Made by a program: the position numbers and the translations under genes
Assembly: GCA_963693365.1 (NCBI GenBank)
Contig: CAVNZM010000001.1
Span: 20,406,125 to 20,470,124 of the forward strand
DNA from: Amoebidium appalachense
Taxonomy: Eukaryota > Protista > Ichthyosporea
Direction: 5' to 3'
Length of the DNA: 64,000 nt
Notes under the pieces: generated by a model
Told to the model about the DNA's origin: nothing
Seen by the model: the letters and a program-made list of their open reading frames with translations, nothing else
The model's database searches: none
In this document: piece after piece, positions 34,279 through 47,397 of the stretch
How the letters are laid out: each line of letters begins with the position of its first letter
How positions within the stretch are numbered: position 1 is the stretch's first letter

Positions 34279-34850
34279 ACACACCCATAATATGTACTCG
34301 CTGTGTGTATTTTGCAGAATTTTGTATTGTTTGCTCGGTCGAATCTATTTTGTTTGCCCGTCGTGAAAGTGTGCTTGGTGCAATAATACATTTCCCTTCC
34401 CCTGGGCGGTGATTTTTTTTTATTTTTTTTTTATGCATGCTTTGTGTGCTTATCTGGACAATCCTGTGGAAATTCTGAACTGTTGTACATCGTGAATGTT
34501 TTCTTCATTCGCAGTAATGCATCCTCCCCCCCCCCCACCCACCCCCCCCCCCTTGGGTATTGTGGGTAACTTGGACCTCTCCCCAAGGATGGGCTATATT
34601 TTTGATGCATACTCAGCGTGTGCTAGCGCCCTCTCTCTGCCCCCTCTCTCCCTCTATATCTCTCTCTTTCTGTGTGTGTGTGTCCCCTCCCCCCCCCCCC
34701 CCCCCCCCCCTCCCTCCCTCCCTCCCTCCCTCCCTCTCCCCCTCTCTCTTTTTCCCTCTGTCTCTCTCTTTCTGTGTGCGTGCGCCCCTCCCTCTCCCCC
34801 TCTCTCTCTCCCTCTTTCTCTCTCTTTCTGTGTGCGTGTGCCCCTCCCCC

Positions 34851-34886
<36 letters not shown>

Positions 34887-35071
34887 TCTCTCTCTTCCTG
34901 TGCGCGTGTGCCCCCAACCCCCCTCCATCGCTCTCTCCCTCTCTTTCCCTGCTCTCTATCCGTCTCACTCTCCCTGTCTTTGTGTGTATGTCCCTCCCTC
35001 CCTCCCTCTCTCTGCCTCTCTCACTCCCCCCCCCCCCCCCCCCCCCCCCCCCCCTTCTCTTTCCTCTCTCT

Positions 35072-35112
<41 letters not shown>

Positions 35113-35216
35113 GGCCTTTCTTTTCTTCTTCTATTTTTTTTTTTTTTTTTTGGGGGGGGGGGGGGGGGGGGATCTGCATTGTGTTGCAGATGTGTACTTG
35201 TTACTCTGTAATGTAT

Positions 35217-35271
<55 letters not shown>

Positions 35272-35570
35272 CGAGGCCACACACACACATCCTTTCAGCA
35301 CTTTGTATGTGTGGCTGATTGGTAAGAAAGAAATGGACGGTGGGGGTTGCGGTCCACTTTTCCTCCTGATGTTTTTCTCTGTAACCTTATCACCAAGGCA
35401 CACCTACCAACAGGCCATGTACATGTGTTTCAGAGAGCTGCCGTCTCTGACCTCATTTCCTTTCCACAGTGGTGGGCTCGATCACAGGAGTGGCCATGAG
35501 TGTGGACACTGCAAAGCAATATCAGCACATATCTCCAAGGCGAGAAGTCCAGAGCATGCTCTATCTGTAG
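31697..35570 (+). CDS. Probable proteasome assembly chaperone (PAC1/PAC2-like) with a C-terminal HbYX motif, 3 exons, about 248 aa
   Basis: Exons 31697-31856 (GTAAGT donor), 31927-32412 (ACTAAC branch site upstream, GTAAGC donor) and 35470-35570 join in frame and end ...EVQSMLYL*. The alpha/beta pattern (LANELLNLLLAKGVNRLSIVAG; FFSSLLNLLVVEKLGTSVYAYP) and size fit the PAC2 superfamily. The family call is inference. Confidence 0.62.
33840..33985 (+). repeat. About 140-bp intronic dispersed repeat (other copies at 33439-33537, 52125-52265 and a fragment at 34581-34620)
   Basis: Shared consensus CCCT(G/A)AGGATGGG(T/C)TCTGCTTATGA...TGAATGT(T/C)TGC(C/A)TTTGC(A/G)TGTGTCCTGCACC...ATTCAA followed by a C-run. 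Confidence 0.85.
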
Positions 35571-36319
35571 CACTTTATGATGTGGACGCGCACGTAGCTA
35601 TATTCTGGATAGTGTTTTGTTGTTTTGCTTTGCTGGTAGTGAACAACAAGGCTCTAGAGAAAGTGTGACATGGTGCAGATGCCTGACCTATCTTGTATGA
35701 CGTGCCCATGTACCCATGTGATGCTTTTAGAACACAGGGTGTGATTGCAAATGTACATGCTTAGTAAATAAAAAGATTGATTTTGTCGACACATATCGCC
35801 GTCGCATGTACATGTACATTGACAGGTGCGCATCACTGGTTCAACACGCAATCGTGTGCGTGTGCACGTGTGGTACATGTGTCTGCAGGTACGTGTGATT
35901 CAAATACGTGTGAATTCGAAACGTGTGTGCGGGACACATCTGTGGATGTACGGCGTGCGATGGGGAGACTGGAACCGGGTTACTCCTGAGCTCCCTCTAG
36001 AGGGGGGGGGGGGGGGGGGGGGGCATGAGGGCGTGGCTGGTGTTTCATGTGATCAAGGACTACTAAGCTTCAATATTAAAGCTTTGGGAATCATGGCAAT
36101 TATTGCCAAATCATAGCGCCACATGTGGTCCAGGTTATGATTACGTTTGGGAACGTATGTAAACATGTAAACACTGCTAATAGTAGTACCACATATGATC
36201 ATGTAGGTCATATATGCATTTGCATAGCAGCCTGTGAGGTGTGTGTGTGTGTGTGTGATGTGTGGTGGTGGTGGTGGTGGGGACCTACTTATTGATCAGG
36301 TGGCCGGGTGGTGCCCTCC

Positions 36320-36387
<68 letters not shown>

Positions 36388-37217
36388 CCGCCTCCCTTCC
36401 TCCTCCCCCCCCCCCACGCTGCTAGCCGGAGGGGTGGCAATGAGCCCCACCCACCCCACACCCTGCCATGACTATATCAGATACCCGTCCAAAGGAGCCC
36501 CCCCCCCCCCTCCTCCCCCCTCCCCCCTCCACTCACCCTCCCAAAGTTAACACTTCTACCACCCTGCCAGCTTTGGAATCAAGAATTCCTGATATTTATT
36601 TCACGTGGTTACTAAACACCCCATTAATACGGCAGTATGAGCCTAACATACTCAATTGAGCTTGTGGTAGGCATCTGAGGGCCACCGGTTGTACCTGCAC
36701 CTAATCAGGTGGTTCTTGATTGGCAGAACTTGCCCAGGGGAGGAGGGGCTGCGACCGGGCAACTAGGGGGGGGAAGGGGGGGGGGGGGGAGGGGGGGGGG
36801 GGGGGTGGAGGGGGGGGGGGGGGGTTGGAGGTGGAGGGGGAAAGGGGGAGGGGCGGGGGGCACCTGCTGAGATGGGTGGACCTGGGTATCTTCTTAGGGG
36901 AGGCTCCTTCCCAGCTCCCTGATGCTCTCCAGCTAATTGGGCCTAGCGCGTTGTCGGTCTGTCCCCCCCCCCCCCCCTCCCCCCCCCCCAATACCAATGG
37001 AACCCCGCACCCCCTCTCTCCCTTTCCTCCCCCACCACCACTATGTGCCTCTGTCCCTGGCTGCATCTGATTGGCCCTGCCGAATATGGAACATGCAGTG
37101 CGGGCCTTTAGATGACGCTGGGCTCCAAGATGGGGCCGTAGCAGTAACGAATAGTGCTTCACCCTGGAATTTCTCCAACCAAATCAGTGATCATGAATCG
37201 TTTGCCCCCCCCCCCCC

Positions 37218-37332
37218 GAGCACAAGGCTTCCACTCACGTGTGTGCCTTGAGACGCAATCCGTCCCAACCCACCAAGCCAGTAGTAGTAGCCACCTCGAA
37301 TTCCGTTGTATATCTAGAGGTGCAGTTATCTC
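37218..37332. repeat. 115-bp dispersed repeat, copy 1
   Basis: GAGCACAAGGCTTCCACTCACG...GAGGTGCAGTTATCTC matches 49972-50086 with 4 substitutions by eye. Confidence 0.9.
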
Positions 37333-37464
37333 ACTTCGAGATATGTTTGAGGTTGATTCGGACCAAGCTATCTTGTAATAACGACATAATGATGGCCATT
37401 GGGGCACAAGTAGTGTGCGTGCGTGTGTGTGTGTGTGTGTGTGTGTCACGTGTGTGTGTGCCAG

Positions 37465-37495
<31 letters not shown>

Positions 37496-39408
37496 TTGTG
37501 TGTGCTCTGTACCTGTGTGTGCATGTGTCCGCTTTGTGTGTGAGAGAGAGTGTTTTCTGTGGGTCAACAGTGGGTTGTGTGTGCTTATGTGTGCTCGGAA
37601 TATGTGCAAGCATGTGTAAAGTTGCTTTCTATACACTCGTGTATCATGACGCGTATGTCTTTGTGTATGTGGGTGTGTGTTTGTTGTGTGCTTTTTATTT
37701 GCGTCCGCGTGTGCGTTTGACACTGTGTGCGACGGCTCACATGAGTGTGTAACTGTGCCATGATGTGGGTGTGACACCCATGGTGCTTTCTGATACCAGA
37801 AGCCCTCTGGACTCAAAAACATAAACATGCGCTGGCGTGTACATTTGTGCTGCCGGGCCGAGGGGTTGAGGGAGGTTTGGAGAGAACAGACGAACGGTTG
37901 CTGCAGTGTGAGAGAAATCCGTTGTCTTTATGTGCGTGCGTGCCTGAGAGAGAGAGAGAAGGAGGAGAGGGAGGGAGAGTGAGCAAGAAGAACCCTCACT
38001 GGTAGTCCAGCGAGAATCAAGGGGGAGGAGGGGGGAGGGGGAAAAAGGTGGGGGGGGAGAAGGGAATTGAATATGACGTCGCTCCGGGTTGGAGGGCGGA
38101 GTGGGGAGGAGGGGGGGGGGGGGGTGTGGAGGGGGGGGGGGAAGGGGGAAAGGGGATTGGGTTGAGAAAGTGGGGGTTGCTTCTCGTAGTATAATATGAC
38201 TACCCTCCGGGTGGAAGGGAGGGGAGAGGGGGGCCGGGGGGGAGAGCGTTAGGGACGGGAGGGGGGATGGGCTCGGGGAGCAATGCAGTTGTATTATAAA
38301 CCAGAAAAGGTCCCAGGTCCCCACATATGATAATCCCTCTTCCTCTGTTGCCTCGCTGATCGCTCTGGGGCTGGACCTACCTTAACAGTTGAACTTGAGA
38401 AAGTCCCCCTCCCAAAAGACTGAGGGGATAATAAGTGTCCTCCCCAACCCCCATGCCCCCCCCCCCCCCCCCCCCCCCTTCCCCCCTCCCCCTCCCCCCC
38501 CCCCCCCCCCCCCCCCCAAATAAAGCCTCTCCCCTTTTCTTAGCCTAGAAAGCTATTCAGCACCACCCTTTTTAGCTGGGCACATTCTTATCGAAGAAAA
38601 AGGTTTGTATGTTTTTTTTTTTTTTTTTTTTTTTTTTTTGAAAAGAACAGCACAGGCCTCGTGACCTTTATTAAAGTCGTATCGAACCGCTGTTTTTAGG
38701 CCGCAGGAGTTATCACTAAGCGTGTTTTATTTGGGCGGTCTTCGGGTTGTCAACTTTCTTCAGGTCTGTTAGAGTTGCCACAGCATTCAACATAATTACT
38801 ATGTAATGTCGCGATCGTGCGGTATCTTTCTGGAACCACTTGCGTGTTTTCAATACAAATGCGTCTCAGCTGTACACGTGGTTGAGGAGCAGATGGCAGG
38901 CCCAAATCACGAGTGGTCAAGACGGGTTTGGTACCACTTCCCGAGAATTTGAGGTATAAGAGAGAGAAAGAAAGTAAGGATGGCGGGGAAGGTATATATG
39001 TGACGGAGGTGTCTCCTTAGGGCTTAGAAAAAAGATTCAACCGCTCTATAATCAAGAATACTGCGGGTTATGTACTCATTGCTGTCTCAAGTTGCAGGCT
39101 TGTTATAGCTTATGTGCTCAAGAATGTTGTTGAACAGTTATTGAATAGATTGAGGGTATATAAGATAAGATTACTCTTATATCAATTAGCAGCTATTGCA
39201 ATTGGTACCAGGCCACACACCAAGGCCCAGAGGTATACAGATAAGAACGGAGCAACAGAATTGGGCTAGCGGTGTATTTTATGCTCTCTGGGCCATATAG
39301 TAGCTATCACCTTTCTTGTCTTTTTACTCTACTAGGTGGCAGTGAGCTATTTAGGGGAAGGCCACACCTAAAAACAGAGGTATAACCGTGCAAGTATGTG
39401 AGGGCCCA

Positions 39409-39667
39409 GGCCCAACCACTAGGCAAAGTCAACTTGCTCCGAGCAAAATTATTCGCTCTTCTGCGCAGAATCTTTTTGGTAAAAGCAGACTCTATGACAC
39501 CGTCACGGCAGCAGGGTAAACTTGCTCCAAACAGAGTAATTCTGCTGTTTGCCGGATCATTATATCATTATAGCTTCTAACTATAATAATTAGCAGAACA
39601 ATTCTGCTTTTTGCACAACAATTCTGCAGCAGCTCGGAGCAAGTTGACTTTTTTATGTGGTTGGGCC
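39409..39667. mobile_element. MITE with about 36-bp terminal inverted repeats (PIF/Harbinger-like GGCCC ends)
   Basis: AAAGTCAACTTGCTCCGAGC (39425-39444) is perfectly inverted by GCTCGGAGCAAGTTGACTTT. An outer pair GGCCCAACCAC / GTGGTTGGGCC is present, plus an internal AACTTGCTCC copy near 39519. Confidence 0.7.
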
Positions 39668-41120
39668 CATATGCGAAAGCTCTTTTATACTGGCGTAAGG
39701 TATCACTTTGTGTGCCTGTACATGTGGTGTATTTTACTTGAGGTAAACACACCCATGACGGTCTACTAGGTAATCAGAGTTCATAACTTAAACATCGATA
39801 TCATATTATTATTCTGGCAGTGTATGTACAGCAGTTCTCGATGAATTGACTGGGAATCAAACTTTATGCTTATGTTGGGCGTGAAAGAAGACAGCATTGG
39901 TTTTAGGAGGGCAAAGGGCACCACAATATTCTATGTACTTGCAATTGCTGATAAGCATATGCATGTCTTGCAGAGCACTGTATACGTATATATCTACAGA
40001 TGTTGTTAGAGTCGTCTTACGTTACGGCATTTTGGTGGGTACACTGGCGCATAGTTTACACATACATATACAGACACACGCCAGGAGCGTGGCCCACAAA
40101 CACAATTGCATGCATACGCCTTAATGACCTTGTTGAAAAGTACAAGCCGTTAAGTCTCGGCGGCTCATAATTAGCTTGAAACACTTGTCATCTGACTACG
40201 TACGTGAATGTTCATTCGAATAACACCATCAACCTATGTCGGTCAGTTCTGACCTAAACAAAGCTTGAAGGACCCCATGCTCCACACGCTAACTTGCACT
40301 ACACAAGTGCATACAGACGCGTACGTGTGACACATGTGGACTGTGGAACACGGTGTGCCAAACCCAAGAATGCTCGCCGATGCATCTGATTGGTCACCAG
40401 CCAAAGGTGAAATCTGATTGGTGTGTTTCTCAGAACAACCGTGTTTTGATTCGTGTAGGCCCAGAGAACGGGTAGCCATATTTGGGTAACGTTGTTGTGA
40501 TTGGTCAACATAATCTCTGATATAGGCTATCAGCATGTACTAGTCTCGAAGTGTCACAGGAGCGCTGTTGCTCCGGGAGCGCGGCGACGTCTGTGGACCC
40601 TTCTTTGTTCCAGCAAGTCTTTGCACCAACAAAAATGTCGAGAAAAAAGCTTTATGTGTGCCAAAGAACTGCTACTTGTATTTGAATTGTTACAGCTAAG
40701 GAGTATTCAGTTGAATCAGTTCTGGTGTGTTGGGCACAGCGACGTGCAAGCCTAATGAGCGGCTGATGCATACCTGAAATATGGGCTCCAGATGGCGTTT
40801 TTTACATTTTCTCATTTTCTAAATTATTTGGGGTCCGACGGACTCAAGTTGCTCTCAGTCAGCTGCATGAACAATGACTGATGCAACGAAAAAAATTGAA
40901 AAGAGAAAAGGTGCAGCAGGTTAATGGCCCAAAATAAAAAATGCCAACAGCCAACATTGTACTGCATATTTATATAAGACAAGCAGGGCAATTAGTGTCG
41001 ACAAAAGTGCTCGCCTCTGCCGGTCGAATTTCGAGGCTCAGCTGGCGAAGAGCCCCCAAATATTCATATTTTCTAATTTTCAGAATCATGCCATGTTCTA
41101 TCTTATCTGGACGGCGGGCG

Positions 41121-41128
41121 TATAAAAA
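41121..41128 (+). promoter_or_regulatory. Candidate TATA box of the orphan gene
   Basis: GGGCG-TATAAAAA-CAGGCCG, a canonical TATA box in GC flanks upstream of the ATG at 41265. Confidence 0.45.
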
Positions 41129-41264
41129 CAGGCCGCTCCGATGGCCATCGTGCACAGTCCCTCACCAACACTTTTTGGGTCAGACTGAGCGAACAGGCTG
41201 TGTCAGAGCGACTAGGCCCCAACAAAACAAACATACCCCAACTCTACGTCTAGAAAACTACAAA

Positions 41265-41561
41265 ATGAAGTCGCTCCCGCAGCTCCCCGCTGGCCTCCGC
41301 ACTGCTCTTGGCTCTGGCCTCACCGAAGCACCCATGGCGAAAGTCAGTCGGCTCGCCCCACCCACCCTCCACAACAAGTCACCCCTGCCTGCTATCCCGG
41401 ACACCGAGTGCACGCACCCGGAGCTGCATGCAAAGACCTTCGAGGGGGAGAGGGAGTGGGTGCGCAGACCAAGCAGCAGGACACGGCACGTGAGGGGCAC
41501 GGCGGTGAACGTGTCGGTCGACCAGCTGAGAACGCTCACCTTCACGAGGTGTGAGCATTAG
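41265..41561 (+). CDS. Small orphan protein, 98 aa (MKSLPQLPAG...TFTRCEH)
   Basis: GC-rich coding-like stretch inside AT-rich flanks, with AACTACAAAATG start context and TATAAAAA 144 nt upstream. No recognisable domain. Confidence 0.5.
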   Translation: MKSLPQLPAGLRTALGSGLTEAPMAKVSRLAPPTLHNKSPLPAIPDTECTHPELHAKTFEGEREWVRRPSSRTRHVRGTAVNVSVDQLRTLTFTRCEH

Positions 41562-42244
41562 TGCCGTGTGGAGGAAAGACACCCACGAATGAGAAACATT
41601 AGTTGTTTAACCCGAACAAGTTCTTTTCGAATGTATGAAAGATAGATGGAAAGGAGTGACGTGTTCACGCTGTAAGCGAGCAAGTCGAGGGAAGAACCTT
41701 CCATGTGTCGGGCCTACCGATTGAATGCAAGTGTTCCGTCCGCTACACCGTCCCCATCAGGCCATCACCATGTTTGACGGTCGATATCCACCTACACGGT
41801 GCCGTGTATAAATATTCTTAAATCTCGAAACTTACATAAGCTCAATTATCTTTGTCAAATGACGATACTTCTTGATTTACGATGTGTACATTTTATGTAA
41901 AAAGATGGTGCTCCCTGAATTGCCATGTGAACATATGATGTAAACTTATTCCCTTAGGTGGGTTAGAGTCTGCAACCTCTCAAAATATGTACAGGAAAAC
42001 CTCATAAAGTGTTTACAGTAAATAAACCGTACCATGTGGTGTGCAGGCACACCTACTAACAAGTATGCTTCCTAAGTGGGGCGTATGTGGCAGAAACGAT
42101 GCAAACATGTGCCCATGGTTCCGAACAATGGCAAACATATCATCGGATGTTAACTTTACAGTGCTCCGAAGGAAGTCTCTGCTCATGATCAGCAGGCACT
42201 CCAGATCTCCGACCTGCGCAGTACAAAAGGCACACACGTGCATG

Positions 42245-42275
<31 letters not shown>

Positions 42276-42323
42276 CCACCGCGGGGGACACGCTAACATG
42301 ACACATGCGCGTGCGCGCACACA

Positions 42324-42362
<39 letters not shown>

Positions 42363-42822
42363 GCATAGACACACACACACACACACGTACATGCTTGCAT
42401 GCATACGTAAGACCACTGTTGCGGTGACCACCATCCACCCACACTGTGCAAACGTTAGCACGGCAAATATATCCGAAGCCATATATATATTCATCATCAA
42501 ATACAAAGCAGAATGGAGGCCCCAAAACAACCAGCAGACACACACCGCCTACTAATCAGTAGGCCACCACACCACTGCCCGGCACACCCACATGACCTGT
42601 GCGTGAAGGGGCACAGTCTATATATAACGTTGGTATGTTAGGCTCCGGACACCGGTATGTACCATACGACCGCAGTAGCCTATGGTAGCTATTTAAGGAA
42701 ATATGACATTGTACAAGCCTCTACACACCTCCATTTTGAATTTGTGTGGAGCACATTATTAATAAGGTGGGCACGTCTCGGGGGGAGGGGGAGGATGGGG
42801 GGTCGGGGAGGTGGATAGGTGT

Positions 42823-42853
<31 letters not shown>

Positions 42854-42880
42854 GGGGGGGGGAAATAAGGGGATGGGTCG

Positions 42881-43249
42881 TTCGTTTTGATTGGTTTGCC
42901 CAGAACTTGCAACCCCCCCCCCCCCCCCCCCCCAACCAGCCTTTGTCGTTTTTTAGTTTGCCCAAAACTTCTCCCGGGAGGAGGAGGAGGAGGGAGGGGG
43001 GGGGGGATAGATGTTTCGGGGCGGGGAGGGTGTTGGGGGGGGGGGGGGGGGGGGGGGGGGAATAGAGGTTTCGGGCGAACCAAAGTAACGAAAGCCCCCC
43101 CCCCCCCCCCCCTCCCCCCCCCCCCCCCCGGGGAGGGAAGGAGGGAGGAAGGGGGGAGAATAGCAGTTTCGGCCGGAGAGGAGGAGGTGGTGGTGGTGGT
43201 GGTGTTAGGGGGGGGAATAGAAGTTTCGGGCGAACCAAAGTAACGAAAG

Positions 43250-43252
<3 letters not shown>
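42881..43252. repeat. Inverted and tandem array of a 30-bp motif separated by G/C homopolymers (foldback-like)
   Basis: GAAGTTTCGGGCGAACCAAAGTAACGAAAG occurs twice on + with two further partial copies. Two diverged copies lie on - at 42881-42910 and 42940-42971. Confidence 0.7.
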
Positions 43253-43288
<36 letters not shown>

Positions 43289-44028
43289 ACCCACCCCCTT
43301 CCCGCCCGCCCCTCCCAACCACCACCACCACCACCACCACCAGCACTCAAAAAATAAAAAATAAAAAAAGCCAAAAAAGAGAAGGAAAAAACACTGGTAC
43401 CACTACTGCAAGCTATCAAGCCCCACCTAACCCCCACTGTGCGCCCGCTTCATTCTAGGCTATCCTATTTGTGATGTGTTGACAGACACGGGCAGAGCAT
43501 ACATGCAGATATTCTCCCGCGATCATCCCACTAACCCTTGCATTTGAAACCGTGCAGGGGGAGACGAACACTGTGGAGGGTATTGCTGTATAATCATTAA
43601 ATGAAGGACTCTGTTTACTTGCAGGGAGTGCTTTACCATTTAGAATGATCCAGTTCACTGCCCAAAAACAAGTGACCATGCTTGTCACACAGAGTAAATA
43701 CAATTGGTTTATATATTGCATTAATAAAACAAAAAAAGATCAAAGGGAGAAAGGAGCTTGGGTTGCTGTGGCGAATTCGAGGGCCCTTTTCTTTTTGTGA
43801 TGTTAAAAAAACTCTAACCGTGAGAACCAGTATTCCCTAGTCAAACACTGAAGCTAGATGAACATACAACGGCCATTAAAGCACACAACAAACAAGAACT
43901 ACAGACCAGCTGGGGGAAAAACATCCCTACAGCCCACGGGGAAATAGCAAACAGACGACACACAGACGACACATGGCAGCTGGCACATCTCATTGTCCGT
44001 GTCCATCCACCGAGCTGATATTGACCAA

Positions 44029-44238
44029 TCACAGCTGCAGCTTGAGCCAATGGCGGAGGGCAAAAATGGTCCCCGTGCTGAGTCTGCAGCCCAAAATGTG
44101 TCAGTGTGGTTTTAGGATTCATGCATGGGTATATTGGAAGTGTCTTTGGGTGCAAATAGGGGTGTGTGCATTTTCACATCAATGATACGAGTCACACGAC
44201 TCATTACATCAACCCCTCCCCCCCCCCCCCCCCCCCCC

Positions 44239-44317
<79 letters not shown>

Positions 44318-45117
44318 GAAGAAGAAAAAGAAAAGGAAAGAAAAAAGGCCGAAAAAACCCCAAGAAGGCACACACACACACACACACACACGTGCACACG
44401 CACGCACGCACGCACACACACACCATCATCACCCAACCACACACACATGAACAACATACCTCTCACTCAAGGGCACTAGTGGATCGGCGCCAGCCAGTGG
44501 GCCAATAGGCAACCCCACCCTTATCACCTCCTCCATCTCTGCCCAATCATCGTCGGGGGTTGGTGTGTGCTGTGGGTCTATGCCCTGCAGGCACCGTGCT
44601 GTGTATGTGACGTCACTGGCACCGTCAGCAGCCACAATGGCCCTCAGGCCCTCTAGGGGGAACCAGGCAGCCCTGTCGACCTCAAAGGCCTGCAGCCGCA
44701 GTGATGACAGCTCCACATCTACCTGGAGGTAGGCATGCACAGTGTGTGAGCACCAGCCCATGAGTGTGGGCTATTATTAGGACTAATTTTTAGGTATGCA
44801 ATGGTGGGCAGCAGCAGTGATGGTCTGCTCGGATGGGTGGCCAGTGTATTACAACAAGGCCGGCCATTTATGCTTGTCTCCCATTCTCCCCCTTCCCATC
44901 CCTCCCCCCCCCCCCCCCCCCCCCTCCTCATTCTCCCCTTCCCCCTTCCTCCCCCCCCCCCCCCCCCCCCCCCCGCCCCCTCCCCTCCCCGTCACCACCA
45001 TCAAACCCCCCCCCCTCCCCCCCCCCCCCCCAAAAAAAAAGCCCTCCTCCGCCTTTTGTATAATCTATGTTCTTCTTGCCCGTTGTGACGCACTTCGTGC
45101 TCTCTAAGCATTCGACC

Positions 45118-45154
<37 letters not shown>

Positions 45155-45248
45155 ACAAAAAAAAAACAAACACCGCCATCACCACCACCTCCTTGGGGTC
45201 CTAACCAACAACTAACCGACAATCACCACACCACCACCAGGCCGCACG

Positions 45249-45297
<49 letters not shown>

Positions 45298-47176
45298 AAA
45301 AAAAAAAACCCCTATTCCTCACCACCTACATATGCTACCTCCCCCCCTCCCCCCTCATCCTCCCCCCCCCTCCCCTCCCCCGCCCCCTGCTCTATTCCCT
45401 CCCACACACACCTTTGCAGTGTAGTAGACGACCACGTGGTGGCCCCGTGGTGCCCCCATGTGCAGGTATGTGGGGTAGACACTCTCCCACAGGGCAAACG
45501 GTACCATAGCCCGCTCACTCACCGTGACCCCTGTCTCCTCGAACACTTCACGCACAGCCGCCTGCTCCAACTGCAACGAGGAACGAGGAACGAGGAATAG
45601 GGCACCAATGAGCTTATAGAGCACTGTGTAATTCCACTGAAGAGGCCACAGTAAATTCAGCCCCCACCCCCTCCCCCCCCCCCTCCTCCCCTCCCCCCCC
45701 CCCCCCCCCCCCCCCCCCACACACACACACAGGGGAAAAAAAAATGGCAGAGAAAATAAAAGAAAAGGGAAAAAACCCAATCCTCCCAGGAGAATAAAGT
45801 ACCCTAGCACTTCTCCTTTCAACGTACGCGAACTATGAAGGTGAGCTGCCAGAAGCAAAGAGAGAGAGGCTTGCAAAGACTAAGGTCCAGTATCCCAGCC
45901 AATCCAATGTTGGGCTAGCGGCAGCTGTTGCCTTTTTTGGCACTTCCTATGCCCTCCATGCACACGTGCTGGTAGCAAGATGTGACCAGCAACAGGGAGA
46001 GGCTGAGCAATTTGATTGGTGCAATGGTCCAATCACCATGCTGCTGTGATTGCCGCTCATATTTGGAAGTGCAAAGGCAATGGGTAGGGGAGGGCGGGAG
46101 GGTGGTGGTGGTGGTTGTGAGGGGGGGGGGGGGGGGGGGAGGGTAGGAAGGAGTGCGGAAGGGGCGGGGGGGGGGGGGGGGGGGGAGGAGGAAGGGGGGA
46201 GAATAAAAATGGGAGAAAGCAAAAGGGAAAAGAGAGAAGGCCTCACTGTCTCACCAGGATCCAAATGGCCCCCAGGCGGCACCCAGCTGTGGGGGGGAAG
46301 GTGTGGAGTTAGGGAGATGGCTATGAGTGGAAGGGGGGGGGGGGACAAGGTGGCTTAGAGACACTTGGGAGGTGATTGGGTGGCATTGGTTGGTGGAAGC
46401 AAGGTGGCACGTTTGTAATGAGCAAGCAAACAGTAGAGGAGGATGAGGGGGGGGCATACGGAGTTCAAACTTTACAATTGTGTCTGGTGAGGCGGAGGAG
46501 TGAGAAAACAGTGTCTGTGTGCGTATGGGAGGAGGGGGAGGGGGAGGGGAGAGGAGGATGGGGGGGAGGGGGGGGGGGGGGGGTTAGCACGTACACACAC
46601 GGGAATGTGCGCATCCACGGGGGTCTCCTTGTCAGCAGGACCTCCCCCCGACCATTTGTCAGCAACACAGACACCCCCACAGCAACCCTCTCCCGGCCAG
46701 AGGTAGGTGCAAGCACCGTGCCCTGCATGCGGGCCACTTGCACGGGGCAGTCTGGTGCATGCTGCAGTGATATAGCGGGTCAAATGCTGTGCATACATCG
46801 GTATAAGGTCGTGTTGGTGCTCGTGGGTGCTTGGTGTTTGTTTCTATGTTTTTACTTGGTCGGGGGGGGGGGCCGGGCGAGGGGGGGGGGGGGGGGTTGA
46901 ATGGGTTGGGTGCATGGGAAAACGGCAGAGGGGAATGGAGAGGGAGGAGAAGGGCGGAAGAGGGGGGGGGGGGGGGGAGGAGAGAAATCCGAATTACACA
47001 CGGAGGCGGGGCGTGCGGGGGGGGGGGGGGGGGGGGGGGGAGGGGAGAGGGGTTATTTTGTTATTGCCGCCAACCGACCACCCTTTCAACCAACACGGTC
47101 TTTGGGTAAATGCACACCACCACCAAGGCACTGGCTCTCCTTGCCACCCAGCCAGCACCAACACTACACTGCCAAA

Positions 47177-47230
<54 letters not shown>

Positions 47231-47347
47231 ACCGTACCGGTGTCTCCCCTCCCAAAAAGTTTTGCAGCCACGTTCCCCATATTGACACCCCTAGTGCTCA
47301 TGCATCCACGCCCATTAAGATTACAAGTGCTTTGTGTGCACTGGCAG

Positions 47348-47397
<50 letters not shown>

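Noticed and set aside
40941-41264. Longer 206-aa version of the orphan ORF
   Set aside because: The upstream part is AT-rich and contains the TATA box, so ATG 41265 is the better start.
42881-43252. CRISPR-like array
   Set aside because: Eukaryotic context, mixed repeat orientation, homopolymer spacers and no cas genes.
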